From: Takakia lepidozioides
Taxonomy: Eukaryota > Plantae > Bryophyta
NCBI GenBank assembly: GCA_030704615.1
Contig: CM060734.1
Location: 5,704,001 to 5,768,000 of the forward strand
Direction of reading: 5' to 3'
DNA length: 64,000 bases
In this document: positions 13,057 to 26,314 of the stretch, in pieces
Layout of the letters: each line of letters begins with the position of its first letter
Numbering within the stretch: position 1 is the first letter of the stretch
Made by a program: the position numbers and the translations under genes
Notes under the pieces: model-generated
Databases searched by the model: none
Told to the model about the DNA's origin: nothing
Seen by the model: only the letters and a program-made list of their open reading frames with translations

Positions 13057-13679
13057 CTGGCAGCACAATCAACAAAAAAACAACCCGTTAATATAAACAC
13101 CAAATAACAACCAACACAACGGTCTTTCCGAACCGTATGGAGCTATATCTCAATTTAGGGACGGGAGATCTCCCGTGATAAACAATGAACAATGCCACCA
13201 ATAAGGATAATTCAAGTTCTCATAAACACAGCACATAAACAGCAACATGGAGGTTTCAGAACTTCAATTAGTAGTTTATAAATAAAAAACCCAGGGTGCT
13301 TCAAGTACACCAGAGATGTACTTCAATACAGTGATGGGAGACCTCTCGTGATCAGCTCACAAAACGCAACCCCACCTACACTTTCCAAACCCTAAACCTC
13401 TAGATGCAACCCCACCTACCATCTACGGTTTGCTAGAATCTACATCAAGAAATTGCCCTATAGTCACACCATAATGCATTGGGCTATCTAGCCAGTTCTG
13501 ATATGCATTGCGGATCCCTTTGAGGTGTCGCTGGAGAGTATCCAGGACTCCAAGAGTCGCTGTCCGAAACCCAATCAGGGAATATCTTGGAGATTTCGTC
13601 GGTTTCCATTGAGTTCGACGCCTGTGCACCCTGGGAATTTGATCCAGGAGAATACACATGTGTATCCAGGGCGTGCTCT

Positions 13680-14070
13680 TGTGGAGTGTACATTTCTGGA
13701 GTGTATTCTGGTGAATCTGCTGGTATGTACACTGGGTGGACAACTGCTGGTATGTAAGTGTACTCTGCAAGGGTGTATACTAGTGAATCTGAAGGTACAT
13801 ACGAGTCCTCTAAAGGGGTGTATTCTGGTGAATCTGCTGGTATGTACACAGGGTGGACAGCTGCTGGTATGTAAGTGTCCTTTGAAGGGGTGTATACTGG
13901 TGAATCTGCTGGGACATACGTGTCCTCTAAAGGGGTGTATTTCTTGGTGAATCTGCTAGTATGTATGAGTCCTCTGCAGGGGTGTAGACTAGTGAATCTG
14001 TCGGTGAATACGTGTCCTCTGCAGGGGTGTATTATGGTGAATGTGCTGGTATGTTCTCTGGGGCGATAAC
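13680..14070 (-). repeat. In-frame ~48-bp tandem repeat encoding YxPADSP(E/V)YTP units
   Basis: GGGGTGTA..CTGGTGAATCTGCTGG repeats inside ORF 13484-14092 (-). Confidence 0.8.
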
Positions 14071-14363
14071 ATTTACTTTGCTTCCACTGCAATGGCTTAG
14101 CTCGGATACCTTGCCGTCCTCCTCCACTAATTTCTGGATAGCGGACATCAGCTCCTCATCTTCTAGGTAATGACATCTTGGCCAACGCTTTGGCTGACAT
14201 CCTGACCGACCCTCAGCGTGTGCAGTGCCAGATTCCAAACTCCTTTTCAAACTGAAAATAATAGGTCAGTGAAAGGGAAGTTACCAGTGTTGGTCTGGTA
14301 TGTACAAAAATACCCCGGTTATGCACCCGGGTATGGAAGCCCCTACCAGCCGGTTCCAGATAG

Positions 14364-14401
14364 GAGGTTAGCTATTTCATGAGCATGAGCGGCATGAGCG
14401 G
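14364..14401 (+). repeat. Left TIR of A2
   Basis: The 14-bp core GCTATTTCATGAGC is perfectly inverted at 24327-24340; CATGAGC(GG) modules follow. Confidence 0.88.
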
Positions 14402-14589
14402 AGTAGCAAGACAATCGGTTTTCATGAGCAGAAGCACAAATTTCAAAAATAAAAAACATTATAAAACATTAATTTAATGGAATGTGTCAGAAAAAACAAA
14501 TATATTATTCGGCACCTTGAGGGGAAATTGTAGTTTTGAGAGTTGTGCTTATGATATTTCGTCTTCCGCTCATGCCAATTCCCAGCGAC

Positions 14590-14990
14590 ATGTGCAAAAA
14601 TGGCGCCGAATTTCGCGGTAATAGGGTCCGTAACCGGAAAAAACCGCGACGTATTTCGCGGTAATAGGTCTCTCTGGCGAAAAATGGTGCCGAATTCCGC
14701 GGCTATAGGTCCCCTCATGACAGGTGTGTAAGCCCAAAATTTGGAAATGTGGCGCCGAATTTCGGTACATGGTGCTGGGGATTGCACAGATGTTGGGCAG
14801 TTCTGGGCCATGTAACTGGAAATTTGGCGCCATTTTCCAGACATCGTTCCCGAGCATGTTCGGACTTAGCCAGTTTTCGGCCCAAAATAGGGAAATTCGG
14901 CGCCATTTTTCCAGACACAGGGGTACAAGTGCATGTTGGGACTTAGCCAGTTTTCGGCCCAAAATAGCGAAATTCAGCACCATTTTTCTA
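14590..14990. repeat. Subterminal cluster of A-type quasi-palindromes
   Basis: AAATGGCGCCGAATTTC and variants at ~14598, 14681, 14746, 14820, 14892 and 14970; an equivalent cluster is at 4305-4590 in A1. Confidence 0.8.
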
Positions 14991-15146
14991 GAAATGGCCC
15001 CACAACTGCTTCTGTTGGATCTCAGTTTGAATGGAATATTGCCTCATTCCAGGAGTTTTGGGGTGCATTTCATTACACTGCAAAAAAAAGTCTGATACAT
15101 GAAAATGCAATTGAAAATATCCATATGGAGGATTCCCTTTGCCCCA

Positions 15147-18100
15147 TCAATGATTTCTGGAATCCCTAAGGAGGAGTTTGTGCAACTCATTCACGCTCAA
15201 CGCCGGTGCATGAATAAAGTCATCAATAGTCACGTTCATCCTCAACCTCTTCAGGTAAATGTAATACAGATGCTTGCACGGATAATACTTTGAACCCTTC
15301 TTTGCTTCCATCAACGAGAAGTCCGTACAATTGCAAGTCGGCTCCACTCCAATCGTAATTGTGTATACATCGTCGCGTACAGCCGAGCCGGCCGTTGCCA
15401 TCCGATAAACACGCCCAAGGCCGGGTGGATGTACGTCCACGGAGCTCTGAATAGTGCAAGCCATCCCAAGAGCATTGGCAATCCGAGTCTCATTCAACTT
15501 GTTGGGAGGGTGTCGTCTCTTCACTCTTCCGAATCGCATTGTGGGATGTGCAGAATTGTCCAATCCGTCTCTACTGGACCGAGCAGTCTACAATGGCTGG
15601 GTCTGAGGAACTGGAAATGCGTGGGCCGGGACATCTGTGCGTTGCACCATTCGAAATCCTGCTGCAGATAGAGCATCCGCCTCATTCCGAGAGAGGCTGC
15701 AACCCGCTACAACAGGCCAGACGCCCGGAGGCTCCGGCATTCCCTGAATCCCGTACTTGGGCTTGCCAAATACACAGGTCATTATGTCGTGCCTACAGAA
15801 CCAAAACGTCTGCGTTGTGGCGTGAGCAAATGTGGGAGTCAAAAATCTGCCGCTGAAACAAGGTGCAGGTATAGCACCGTGTGGGTTCCTCCGAATCATC
15901 TCACCACAGCGTGCTCTCGTATCCACCCGAATGGCGCAACACTTCCCTCGAAATGCCGGCAATGTCCTTGCAATTCTCCACTGTGACTCCAACACTCTTG
16001 TCTCCACAATGGGTATGTTGTACTGCGTTACCACAGATGGCTCGTTATGTTCCTCGGGCACGTGCCCTGTGCTCAAAGGAGATGACGATCTTGAACGTGC
16101 AGGACTTGCGGTGTTCGACGAGACCTCCTCGAGCAACATCACGGGACCACAAGGGAACGTGCGAATATTCTTGTCAGCTCGCCATGAATCCTCTTCCCCG
16201 CCAGGTGCCTCATCAAGTCTTCGTCTCACTGGACGAGTATGAACATCTCCTTCCAAATGTTGGCCTCTTCGAAGCAATGGCGTGTCCCGAAGGCCCTCTC
16301 GCAAGGCCGCCGCCCACTTCCGAGGATTCTTCGATCTGGAGGCAGTCCGCATCAGCATTTCCTGCCTGTCCGGCCCCAAGCCCCACTGTTTTCCTTTCAA
16401 GAACTCGTTGTACCTGCATTGCTGCATAATTGACCTCACAATGTCCTCCGTTGTGGCAGTGAGGATGTCCACCAGATGCGCCGCAGAGGAGGCACGCTAG
16501 GAAGAATGCACTGATTCGGCCATGTTTGTCGTGGGCATGTCAGTGTCGGAGTCGAGACACATTTCCTGCACAAGCACATGTTGAGGTTACAAGCAAGTTA
16601 CAAATAATGCCAAGAATAATATTCAACGGGACGCGAATTCGTGCAACTCACCTCCCGCATATAGTCGCCGAACTGGAGGAAAGGATAATGCCACCATGCT
16701 AGCCAACTGACCATTGCTCCCTCGTCTGATTTCCTTACAGCACCTGACGATGTCCACCAAGCCCGTATACATGCAAACTGTGTCTCTGCACATATACATG
16801 CAAACTGTGTCCTCTCCTTTCATCTCACAAATAGCAATTGTCATTAGCATCCTGCAGTGGGTGTCGTAGACATGTGCACCCATTGTCACCTACTGGTGAT
16901 TTGTAATTCGCTTGATATGGTCGAACATGACCCAACTGTTTGACAAGTCCCCACTCGTCATCCTGTCGACCAGTTCGACGCCGCTGCCAAGTCCACACGT
17001 GGACATTTTGAATACGAAACAACGATCTGCCTCAGTCCCTTGTCCTGGAAACCTACTTCCATGAATGTAGTCATATCCACATCGTCGCTTCACCTCCAGA
17101 ATGGAGTGCATATCCGAGCCACGCCCAATTTTCTGTTTGCATGAGACAATGTGGTTTCGGACATTCGGTGAACATACGTGGGACACCGACTCCAGCAATG
17201 CCTCCATTTCCTTCTCATCGAGAGGAACTCTATCGGAGCCGTCTTCCGACATAATTCTGGCCAATGCCATCTTATGGGCGGCTTGGAGCTGTATCTGTTT
17301 GGGTTTGGCACCTGGTCTCATCTTAACCTCCTCCTGAACGAGCTGCTCTGCCTCGTGGGCAGCCTCCCGCGAGTTCCCCCTCGCCAATTTGTGACAATGG
17401 GAACCAACGTGTATGCAAGCTCGGGTGAGGTCAGGGAAACGGTGCAACACATAGAACTGCTTGGCATTACAAACAGACATGCAGTGTGGTGGTTCTTTGC
17501 AATGCGCACACTTAAATGTGGAGTTCGGAAACCTTCTCCTGAGCTCGAAATGGTTGATGAGCTATGCCTGTCCAATCGGTTTCGTTCCTGTGACCTCTGG
17601 ATTTAAAATGGAAGCAAGTTGGGGAGAAACACTGCAACGCGCCCGCACAAACAACGTAGCGCACCCGCACACCATCGAGCATCTTCATGCTGGTGGTTTT
17701 GGCGATGCACCAAGGATGACCATCATGTTTTCTATCCATATCTGTCAACATTCCGGACGCCCTCGAGTAGTCCGTCCGAGGAGGGAACTCAAAGAAGATA
17801 TTACCGTCGACGTCTGCGGGAAGGCATGTAACCGATTTAATTGTGAACGTGCTGTAGTCCAGCCCGGCCAGCTCCGAGCGGTGTCCCTCCATGTGAAGCC
17901 CTCGCAGAATTTCAAGAATAGATCGAACTGCGGTGCTCATGCTGGGAATATGATTCCCTCGTCCACTGACGTCCATTGAGGACTTGCCTGATCTCCAGGA
18001 CGACCTCGGAACTTCCATGACCTCGTCTGAGTCGGACAGGTTGTGAACAACCTGGTTCTTGCTCGTCTTCATGGATGGGTTCGGCTCTGGATTTACTTCG

Positions 18101-18465
18101 TTGCGGACTTCTCTCTTTGAGGTAGCCACTCTCTGATTCGCGGATTGTTTCGTGGAAGGCGCCAGGATAGAAGGTGCATTTGGCGGGCAAATGAAGTCCC
18201 CAACAGCCCTGTATATGACGTTGTCTGATGGTGGAACTCGACATTCCCTGCCATCGCCAAAATCATCGTGGAGCACAACAATACTCTCGACAACAACTCC
18301 GTTTGAGTCCTTCCTTTCCTCCTCCAAAAAAACCGACCCCGGTTTCAGGTGGTATCGAACGCAAAGATATTTCTCCATCACCCGGCAGATGTCCCCTCTG
18401 CACGGAAATGAAGCTCTATGCTCGTGAGGAGGGCAGTACACTGTAGCGCTCGGGTTTTCCGCCAT
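15147..18465 (-). pseudogene. GCM-domain / MULE DDE / SWIM transposase (A2), disrupted
   Basis: DGHPW..CAGALQC..C..CAHC..C..HVGSHCH (GCM-like), WVMFDH (first D), TTNMAES (E) and SWIM CNC..CKH. The segment with the second D and CxxH is deleted near 16790; there are stops near 16890, 16498 and 15588 and a frameshift near 17560. Confidence 0.85.
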
Positions 18466-18759
18466 GGGAGATGTGCACACAAGACTCCCAGAATGGCGTG
18501 CGGGCAAGCTCCCTGGTAGAAGGGGGATGCAGCGCTGGGAAAGAATGCGGTGCCGATTTGTCCGAGTGACGAAGCCTGATCCAAATCCAGGGAGCCAACT
18601 ATCTCAAAAATCCAGTCAGAGTGTTAATGAACCTTGTCTCAGGAATGCGGCCCCTGGTCTTTGCGCAATAACTGCCAACGGTATGCAGTCAGAAAGTGGG
18701 GGGCCGTCCGGATGATGTCGACTGAAGGGGAGAAGCCGGCACCGTGCCGTAACATTACT

Positions 18760-20100
18760 ACCCCCGGATGAAAATTCGGTACCGAATATCCAGCAGGGGC
18801 CGCACGTATGAAGTCGCCTCGGGCAGAGAGGCCGGAACCTGTCCGACAGAGAACAACCCCCGGATGGAAATTCAGCGCTGAATTTCCATTCGGATCCCCC
18901 CGAAGGAAGTCGTGTCGGGGGGTCAGGCCGAAAACTGGCCGACATAAAAACCTCCCCGAATGGAAAAACGGCGCAGAATTTCCATCCGAGGCCGTTCGGA
19001 TGCAATCGGCTCGGGGGAAAGGCCGCCACCTGGCCCTCACATTACAACCCCCGGACGGAAATTCGGCACCGAATATCCAACAGTGGAAGCCCGGATGAAG
19101 TCGCCTCGGGCGTAGAGGCCGGCACGTGTTCGACAGAGAGCATCCCCTGGATGGAGATTCAGCGCCGAATTTCCATCCGGGCCCCCCCAAACGAAGTCAT
19201 GTCGGGGGGGCAGGCCGAAAACTGGCCGACATAAAAACCTCCCCAGATGGAAAAACGGCGCCGAATTTCCATCCGGGGCCGTTCCGATGCAGTCGGGGAG
19301 GGGGGAGAGGCCGGCACTTGGCCGTCACATTTCAACCCCCGGACGGAAATTCGGCACCGAATATCCAACAGGTGACGCCCGGACGAAGTTGCCTCGGGCG
19401 TAGAGGCCGGCACCTGTCCGACAGAGACCATCCCCCGGATGGAAATTCGGCGGCGAATTTCCATCCGGGCCCCCTCAAAGGAAGTCCGGTCAGGTGGTGA
19501 GGCCCAAAACTGGACGATATAAAAACCTCCCAGGATGGAAAAACGGCGCCGAATTTCTGTCCGAGGCCGTTCGGATTTCCCTCTAGCAGTCAAAGATTCC
19601 ATGAAAAACGTGTCTAAAAGTGGACTTCAGCCACAAAACTAACAGTTTACTTTGTTTTTCTCCGAAAAACCAAGCGGCCACGCTCAGAATTACCTGCAGG
19701 AAGGTAATTTGGCGCTTCGACTTACCTGGCGAATGGAAATTCGGCGCCGGATTTCCATCCATCCGGCTCCGAATTACCTGCGTGGTGGAAATTTCGCGCG
19801 CCGCCCTACCTGGCAGGATGGAAATCCGGCGCCGGATCTCCATCCATCCGCTCTCCGACCAACCTGGCGGATGGAAATCCGGCGCCGGATTTCCATCCAT
19901 CCGGCTCCGAATTACCTGTGTGGCGGAAATTTCGCGCGCCGCCCTACCTGACAGGATGGAAATCCGGCTCCGAATTACCTGCGTGACGGAAATTTCGCGC
20001 GACGCCCCACCTGGCAGGATGGAAATTCGGCGCTGAATTTCCATCCTGCTGCTCTCCGAATTACCTGCATGATGGAAATTTTGCGCGCCGCCGTACCTGG
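18760..20100. repeat. Intergenic array of the A-type 22-bp palindrome GGAAATTCGG-NN-CCGAATTTCC between the divergent genes
   Basis: ~3 units of ~288 bp (18771, 19058, 19346), each with three palindromes, followed by shorter units in 19730-20100. Confidence 0.88.
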
Positions 20101-20261
20101 CGGATGGGCATTAAATGTCCACCGCCGTCCGTTTTTATTTGGGCTGGCGACACATGGCTTCCTCGATACGTACCCTAAATCTGATGCTAATCTTGGATTA
20201 ACTTCTATTCGAGGCATGTACCCCAAAAAACTGAGATCTTTTTCCATTTTGGCTGGGACTT

Positions 20262-23200
20262 ATGCCGCCTGAAGGGCGTGGCTCTCCTGAGAGAGACCTC
20301 ACATCCAGACCGCGGCGGAAGTTGAAAGCTTTGTACTACGGACGACGGCCAATCTCTCGCATGGCCAAACTTAAGCTCCAGCAGGAGATTCCAGTGTCTT
20401 GCTCACAACCCGCGCCAACTGAATCCGAGTACTCTCAGGCAAGCCACTTCTGCTTTCGCTTTGTTCACTTTCGATTTTGCTTTCACTTTCGCTTTCGCTT
20501 TGTTGTTTCGCTTTGTTTTTGCATCTTCATCCTGGCATCGCTGGAAGCATGTCATTCTTAGGCATTGGTTGGATTTGTTTTCATTGTTGTTCCATGGCAC
20601 TCCATACTTCCTAAACTTGTTTTGTTTTCATTGTTGTTCCACGATTGTTGCTATGGTGGTTGCGCTGCTCGTTGCGATGCTAGTTTTGGCACCAATGTTG
20701 GTTCTGACGATTTTGGGAATGACAGAGTGACGACGAGCCCGGCACGCTGGTGGTATCATCGACCGCTCCAACTCATCGCATATTTGAATCGCCCAACTTG
20801 GGGCGAGAGGGCAAACTTCAACCTTTTGTTGGTGGACGGGAGGACCTGCAGCGAGGGTACGACAGAATAGGCATTGGGGAGGTTGGTGCAGGCGGCATGG
20901 CAGGTGAAGGGCGTGAGGACAGCAGATCCGGCAATGGAGGTTGTTGATGCACATGCAGTAGGGCCCGCCCACGCAAAGAAGAAGAAGAAAGCTAAGCACA
21001 TGCAATCCCCGGCGAGAGAGCCGTCACGGGCTGCGGAGGGGGGAGTGATTAGTGCGCGCGAGGGTGTCAGTTCGCCTCAATCAAAGGTGGTCGTCCATCC
21101 GGGCTCCCCTGCTGCTAGCCCTAGTAAGAAACAGAAAGCCAGTGAGAGGGCAAAAGAGAGGGCAAAAGAATAGGCGAGACAGAAGGCTAGCCAGGAGGAA
21201 AGAGAAAAGGCCACTGAAGAGGCCAAGGGTGCCCAAATGACAGATGCCAATGTAAGCGAGGGACGCACAGAGACGGTGGATCCCTCCAAGACACCACAAA
21301 GAGGCAGTAACACACCGGTTACACCATCGCGGACAAGAGCAGCCCCCGCAATTACCCATACGGTGGAGAGTGGAGGAGAGGAAAGAACACCACAAAGAGC
21401 ACGGATTGTGCAAGTTCGAAATTCGGCGCCATTTTTCCAGTTCTGGGCCCTATTGCCGTTCTGGGACATAGCCATTTTCGGGCCGGACCTGGGAAAATGG
21501 CGCCGAATTTCCAGTCAGGGCTCCGAAAATGGCTAAGTCCGTAGGGTGGCTGGCCCTAAATTGGAAATTCGGCGCCATTTTTCCATTTCTAGGCCCTATT
21601 GCCGTTCTGGGACTTAGCCATCTTCGGGCCAAACCGGGAAAAATGGCGCCAAATTTCCAGTTCAGGGCTCCCAAGATGGCTAAGTCCCTAGGGTGGCAGT
21701 CACCAAAAACCGAAATTCGGCGCCATTTTTCCATTTCTAGGCCCACTCAGATCCGCCCCAACCTGGGAAAATGGTGCCGAATTTGCAGTTCAGGGACCTC
21801 ATTGTGTTTTTCATGAATGCAGGTACTGCAAGTTCTCCCTTTTGGAGAAAGGTCATCTGTCTTTCGAGCCACCATTCTTCCTGGCATGGAGGAACCCTGG
21901 GGCTGACTCCATGTACACTGACGATATTGTGAAGGAGTGGCATCTGGAACATTTGCGTGATTGCCCTTGGTATGTGGACCTTCCGCCCGGCATGCTCGAC
22001 CCATTCGAGTTTCAATTGAAGCTGGATGCTGAGGCCCGACGAAACCGGGCTCCGCTGCCTCCGCTGGGTGCAAAAGAGGCAAAAGCGCTTGCGAACTCCA
22101 GGAAAGCGGCAGAGCTTGCTCAGGCAGGAATTCAGGAGAAAATGAATGAGAAGAGTAAAGGCCAAAGGAAAAGGACAAGGAAACAGGTGAGTGCAGTAAC
22201 ACCCAAAAAACAGATAACCATCGGGGCATCAGAGCAGGCGCAGGAGGGGACCCAAGAGAGTGACTCGGACGACGACTTTGTTCAAGGTCCTGCGACTGCT
22301 ATTGCTGCTACCCAGTCACCGGTCGTCCGGGTTCCCAAGTCAGTTCGGAGTGGGACTGGCTCTGCCAAGAAGTTGGCATTTGAGGGCGAGCCTACACGGC
22401 GGTATTCGGCGGTGACGTTTACGCACAGGCCAAAGCTAGAACCTCCAACCATCATCCAATGCGTCAATGAGAGCTTCCTTGACGCTCTCGCTGCTAGGGC
22501 GAAGAAGGTGGCACACAGCAAGTCTCTGGCAGAGCAGAAGGGGAAAGCCAAGAAGAGGGCTGCCGGTACAGAGCCTAAAGACACCCCTGGTTTTGAAGCC
22601 ATGATGGAATTCTTCATGGCTGTGAGCACGGATTGCAAGAGCACTCGGGGGGGGGGGGGGGGGGGGGGTGAGGTGGAGAGAGCTTGCGACATGATTCTCC
22701 TCGACATTCCAGATGGGGAGCTGCTGGAGGGCCTGGATGGTGTGCCCACCTGGAACAGGTTTACTGATGACTACTGGAAAGCCGGGTTTGGGCTGGCGGG
22801 GATGCTTCTAGATGACGGTGGATGTGTGGTTGTCCTTGCCACAAGAGGGAAGACCACAGAGAATGCGGTGGCAAGGTGGACACTGAAAAAGTGTCACCCC
22901 GGTCCTCCTCAGAAAATGGTTTTGCATCAATACACAGGGGTTGCGAACAGAGGGCCAAAGTGTAAGTTATCAATCTATTGCATTCACCTCATATTGTGGT
23001 GTATCTAAACAAGGTCCCGGAGTTGATCCTCTTTTGTTGGATGTGCAGACATTGGTGTTTGAGGCATATTGCTTTAAGAAGAGAGGGTCTACGTTCAAAT
23101 TCCGCAATGACGGTCGTCTTGTTGATGCCGCTGTGGACCCTGTTACCTACAATGTCCTCTACAACTATGTGCCCCACTCCAGTATGCCGAAGGACACAAA

Positions 23201-24137
23201 GACAAGCAAACCGTGGCGGTACAGCCGGACCCGGAGCCCTGCTTTCATCCAAACCCTCATGGAGACATGCTCGGATGTCCAAGGGCGGATTCTGGACCTC
23301 ACATGCGGCACGGGTAAGCCTTCACGTGCTCAGTTTGTCCCCTGGCCCGATTGCAATTGCATGCCGCAAGCTATTAACTGCCCGCTTTGTTCCTCAGGTG
23401 CTTCAATGTGGGCAGGGACGTTGTCCGACAGGCATGTGTTCGCCTTCGAGCCAGATACTGCCCTCCACAACTCGGAACTTGCAGCAGCTGAATGTTTGCC
23501 GAAAGAGGAAGAGGCATCCTCGGAGGATGAGGAAAAATCCGAGAAGGAGCAGGGGGAGGAACAAGTTGGGATCGAGGCCGAGGAGCCCCCGGTGTACGAG
23601 TGAGTGGTCGCATTGTAAGTTGCCTCCAGATTTTGTGAGGCACCTCCCTTCGCTCTCTTATTACCCTTTCTGCTTCTGCTGGTATTGACATTCTTGAAGT
23701 GGATTTGTTCTTACTGTAGGATGCCAAGTACGGCAGGAGGGACGTCTACACTGGAGTTCATGGGCAGGAGGAACGTGCCTTTTTTTGCCAGGGGGGATTT
23801 CATGCCTAGTCCAGAAAGGGACTACATCCTTCCTACTTATGTTGCCCGGCTTGCTTCGGTGTCCATTAGGAGGTGTTCCGAACCTAGTCGTGTACAGGAG
23901 GAGGCAGCAGCTATTAGAGCCCGTCGGGCTCGTAGATTTGTGTTGGATTCTGCTGAGGAAAGTGGGGGAGAAGAGGCAGAAGATTCCCAGGAGGTGAGGT
24001 GGACAGTCCCCCAAGGAGAGGACGGCATTTTTGAGAGGCATACTGCAATCGATGCATCACAGAGCTCGGAGGATGGGGGGGATGAGGGGGATGAGGAAGA
24101 AGGAGGGCCAAGTTCATCGGAAGGTGTAGGAGAGTAG
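20262..24137 (+). pseudogene. ParB-MTase-like cargo gene (A2); ParB and central exons deleted
   Basis: The N-terminus RRKLKALYYGRRP matches RRKLRKLYFGRRP of B. The sequence jumps to the intron array at ~21410. MTase-like exons DMILLDIPDG and ILDLTCGTG/ASMWAG are present, with GT-AG intron 23314-23397. Confidence 0.8.
21410..21800. repeat. Intronic palindrome repeats (shorter counterpart of 2310-3200)
   Basis: GAAATTCGGCGCCATTTTTCC in alternating orientations, about 6 sites. Confidence 0.85.
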
Positions 24138-24309
24138 TTCCCATTCCTGCTATGACAGTTAGGACACACTTGTATAGACGTGGCTTGCCACCAAATTTGC
24201 AATAAAATGTTGCATTTCATTGCTATGACGAGTCCACATGACCCTATTTCCGTGCCTCCTAACCCTATTTCCGTGGACACAATTCGGCCCGCTCATGCTT
24301 TTTTTTTTT

Positions 24310-24347
24310 CCGCTCATGCTCATGCCGCTCATGAAATAGCAGCCCCC
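24310..24347 (-). repeat. Right TIR of A2
   Basis: CCGCTCATGCTCATGCCGCTCATGAAATAGCAGCCCCC. Confidence 0.88.
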
Positions 24348-25649
24348 CCAGATAGGAAGGAAATGCATAGAGTAACCTACCTGTAGGGTATGATTAGGAT
24401 TTCGGGGAGGCCAATACCCTAGCCGATTGGTCTCGGCTCACCGTTGTTGATGTTGTTACTTGTTTTTTTCGCTGGAACTCTGTTGTTGGTATCGCCGTTC
24501 AGGTATCAATGCGCGTAGCCTAGAGATGGCGGAAGATGGTTTTATTTCTATTTGTATTAGTGCTCTGTCACATTCAGCATTAGTCTTTGTGGCTAGAAAG
24601 AAAAACAGTGGCACTGAAAATGGTTATAAATGCAAGGCCAAAAGTTTCCATATGCATGTTATAATATTCAGTGCACTCAGCGGCTGAGGTGGTGCACTTC
24701 AGCTGCTGAAGTGCGCACTTCAGCTTTAATTTTTTTTTATTATCTGAAATGTAAATTTTTGATACTTTACCCGAAGTTGATATCAGCAGGTATCAAGGTT
24801 TTCATACACTTGTTGATACCAAGTCTGCAAAAGTGAAATGCTGGCATTATCGATACCCTACAAGTAACAAAATCAGGGTTTATTATTATTATTGCATACC
24901 CGTGTTTGGGACCTCTCTAAATTTTTATACTACCAAGACCCTCATGGTATCTCCAAAACACAATACCAGACCAACACTGGAAGTTACTTACTCTTTGGCG
25001 GATGACCTCATTCCCGGTCGACATTATACACTCTATTACGCTCTTGGATACTACGTCTTAAATATCACGGGAGGTCTCCTGTGACATTAACATACCGCGA
25101 CAATGGGTTTTATCACGGGAGACCTCCCTTGAGAGAACAAAATGGAGAGGTCCCTTGAGTAGCACGGGAGACCTCCCGTGAGAAAATGCTTGGGTCACCT
25201 GATGCAATCCTAATGCAATCAGTTGTGGGAAGATACGAAAGTACATACCGTGAGCTTGATCCTGCCATGGTGGTTGAAGAATAATCGCAGCAGCAATGCA
25301 CCAATCAAATTACACCACGACACCAGCACGGGCTCGCCACCAGCTCTCCTTATCGCCCTCTTGAACGACGACCGCACCACACAGCTGAAACTAACAAACG
25401 GAATCCTGAATACTGCTAGACGCAACAGACAACAGATGCATAGCGCATATCAGATGCAGATCACTGACCCTCCCTTCACTCCCTCTCAAGCTCTCAAAAC
25501 TCGTGGCTCTAAGTTTCAGCAGGGCTTCGCCGTGATGAAAGTTTGAGAGGGAGAATGAACTAAGGAGCCTCCCCTTTTATACCCGGGGAGGCAGACCCAT
25601 GCGATACCTTGCCATAGGTATGCGATGGCAGGCATGCCCGGTGCATGTC

Positions 25650-26050
25650 CCAAGAACTGTCACGCGCCTGCCATACGCGAGATCCAAGCGGCGACTGCCG
25701 CAGGGGCCAATTTTTAGGGGAGGGCTCCCGTGAAACGATGCCTGCCACGCGCCCGCCATGGGCAAGATTCAATTGGCGGTCGCCGCATTGCCCACAAACC
25801 TGTCCAATCATAATTATTAGGGGAGGGCTCCCGTGAAACGGCGCCTGCCACGCATAAGCCATGCGCGAGATTCAAGTGGCGGCGCACGTAGGGCCCGCAA
25901 ACCTAGCCAATCATATTTATTAGGGGAGGGCTCCCGTGAAACGGCGCCTGCCACGCGCCCGCCATGCGCGAGATTCATGCGGCGGCGGGTGCAAGGCCCG
26001 CAAACCTAGCCAATCATAATTATTATGGGAGGGCTCCTGTGAAACGGCGC
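25650..26050. repeat. ~105-bp tandem repeat, ~4 copies, each with GGGAGGGCTCCCGTGAAACGG (C-type motif)
   Basis: Motif at ~25717, 25820, 25924 and 26027; it lies upstream of the C gene. Confidence 0.85.
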
Positions 26051-26314
26051 ATTCAACTCATGAACATGGAAGGTTCTATGCCCTCCATCTGTAATGGACG
26101 ATCCAGATTCAACGATGCTTGAGCATGCATGTGAAGGCATTTTCCATAGTTAGTATTCTAGCACGTGGCGAGCAGGCAGGCTACGCATGTGCTGGAACGT
26201 CAGAGTACGAGACGCCGCCGGCCATAATGTGGCGGCATCGGCATTATTGAATGCGGCGGCGGCGCTGCAGTACGCTACGGTGAATTTACCTTCCATGAAT
26301 GCTGCGAGGGGAGA

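Larger units (their letters stand above)
14364..24347 (+). mobile_element. MULE-like DNA transposon subfamily A, copy A2 (both ends present, 8-bp TSD CCAGATAG)
   Basis: Left end GAGGTTAGCTATTTCATGAGC, right end GCTCATGAAATAGCAGCCCCC. CCAGATAG lies at 14356-14363 and 24348-24355. It contains the transposase and cargo genes. Confidence 0.92.

Noticed and set aside
14354-14370. 10-bp TSD CCAGATAGGA for A2
   Set aside because: The A1 and B2 termini show the element starts at GAGGTT, so the last GA belongs to the element and the TSD is 8 bp.
18616-20044. Overlapping ORFs across the palindrome arrays (also 44473-45245, 50028-51780, 63432-63881)
   Set aside because: These are translations of stop-poor repeats (NAAPHF, EMRRRIS, KCGAAF in every frame), not proteins.
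22647-22668. G22 run (and C24 run at 39798-39821)
   Set aside because: Sister copies have only ~7 nt here, so this is slippage or a sequencing artefact, not a conserved feature.
25820-25840. CGTGAAAC resembling half of bacterial parS (TGTTTCACGTGAAACA)
   Set aside because: Only an 8-nt half match with no full parS palindrome; likely chance.
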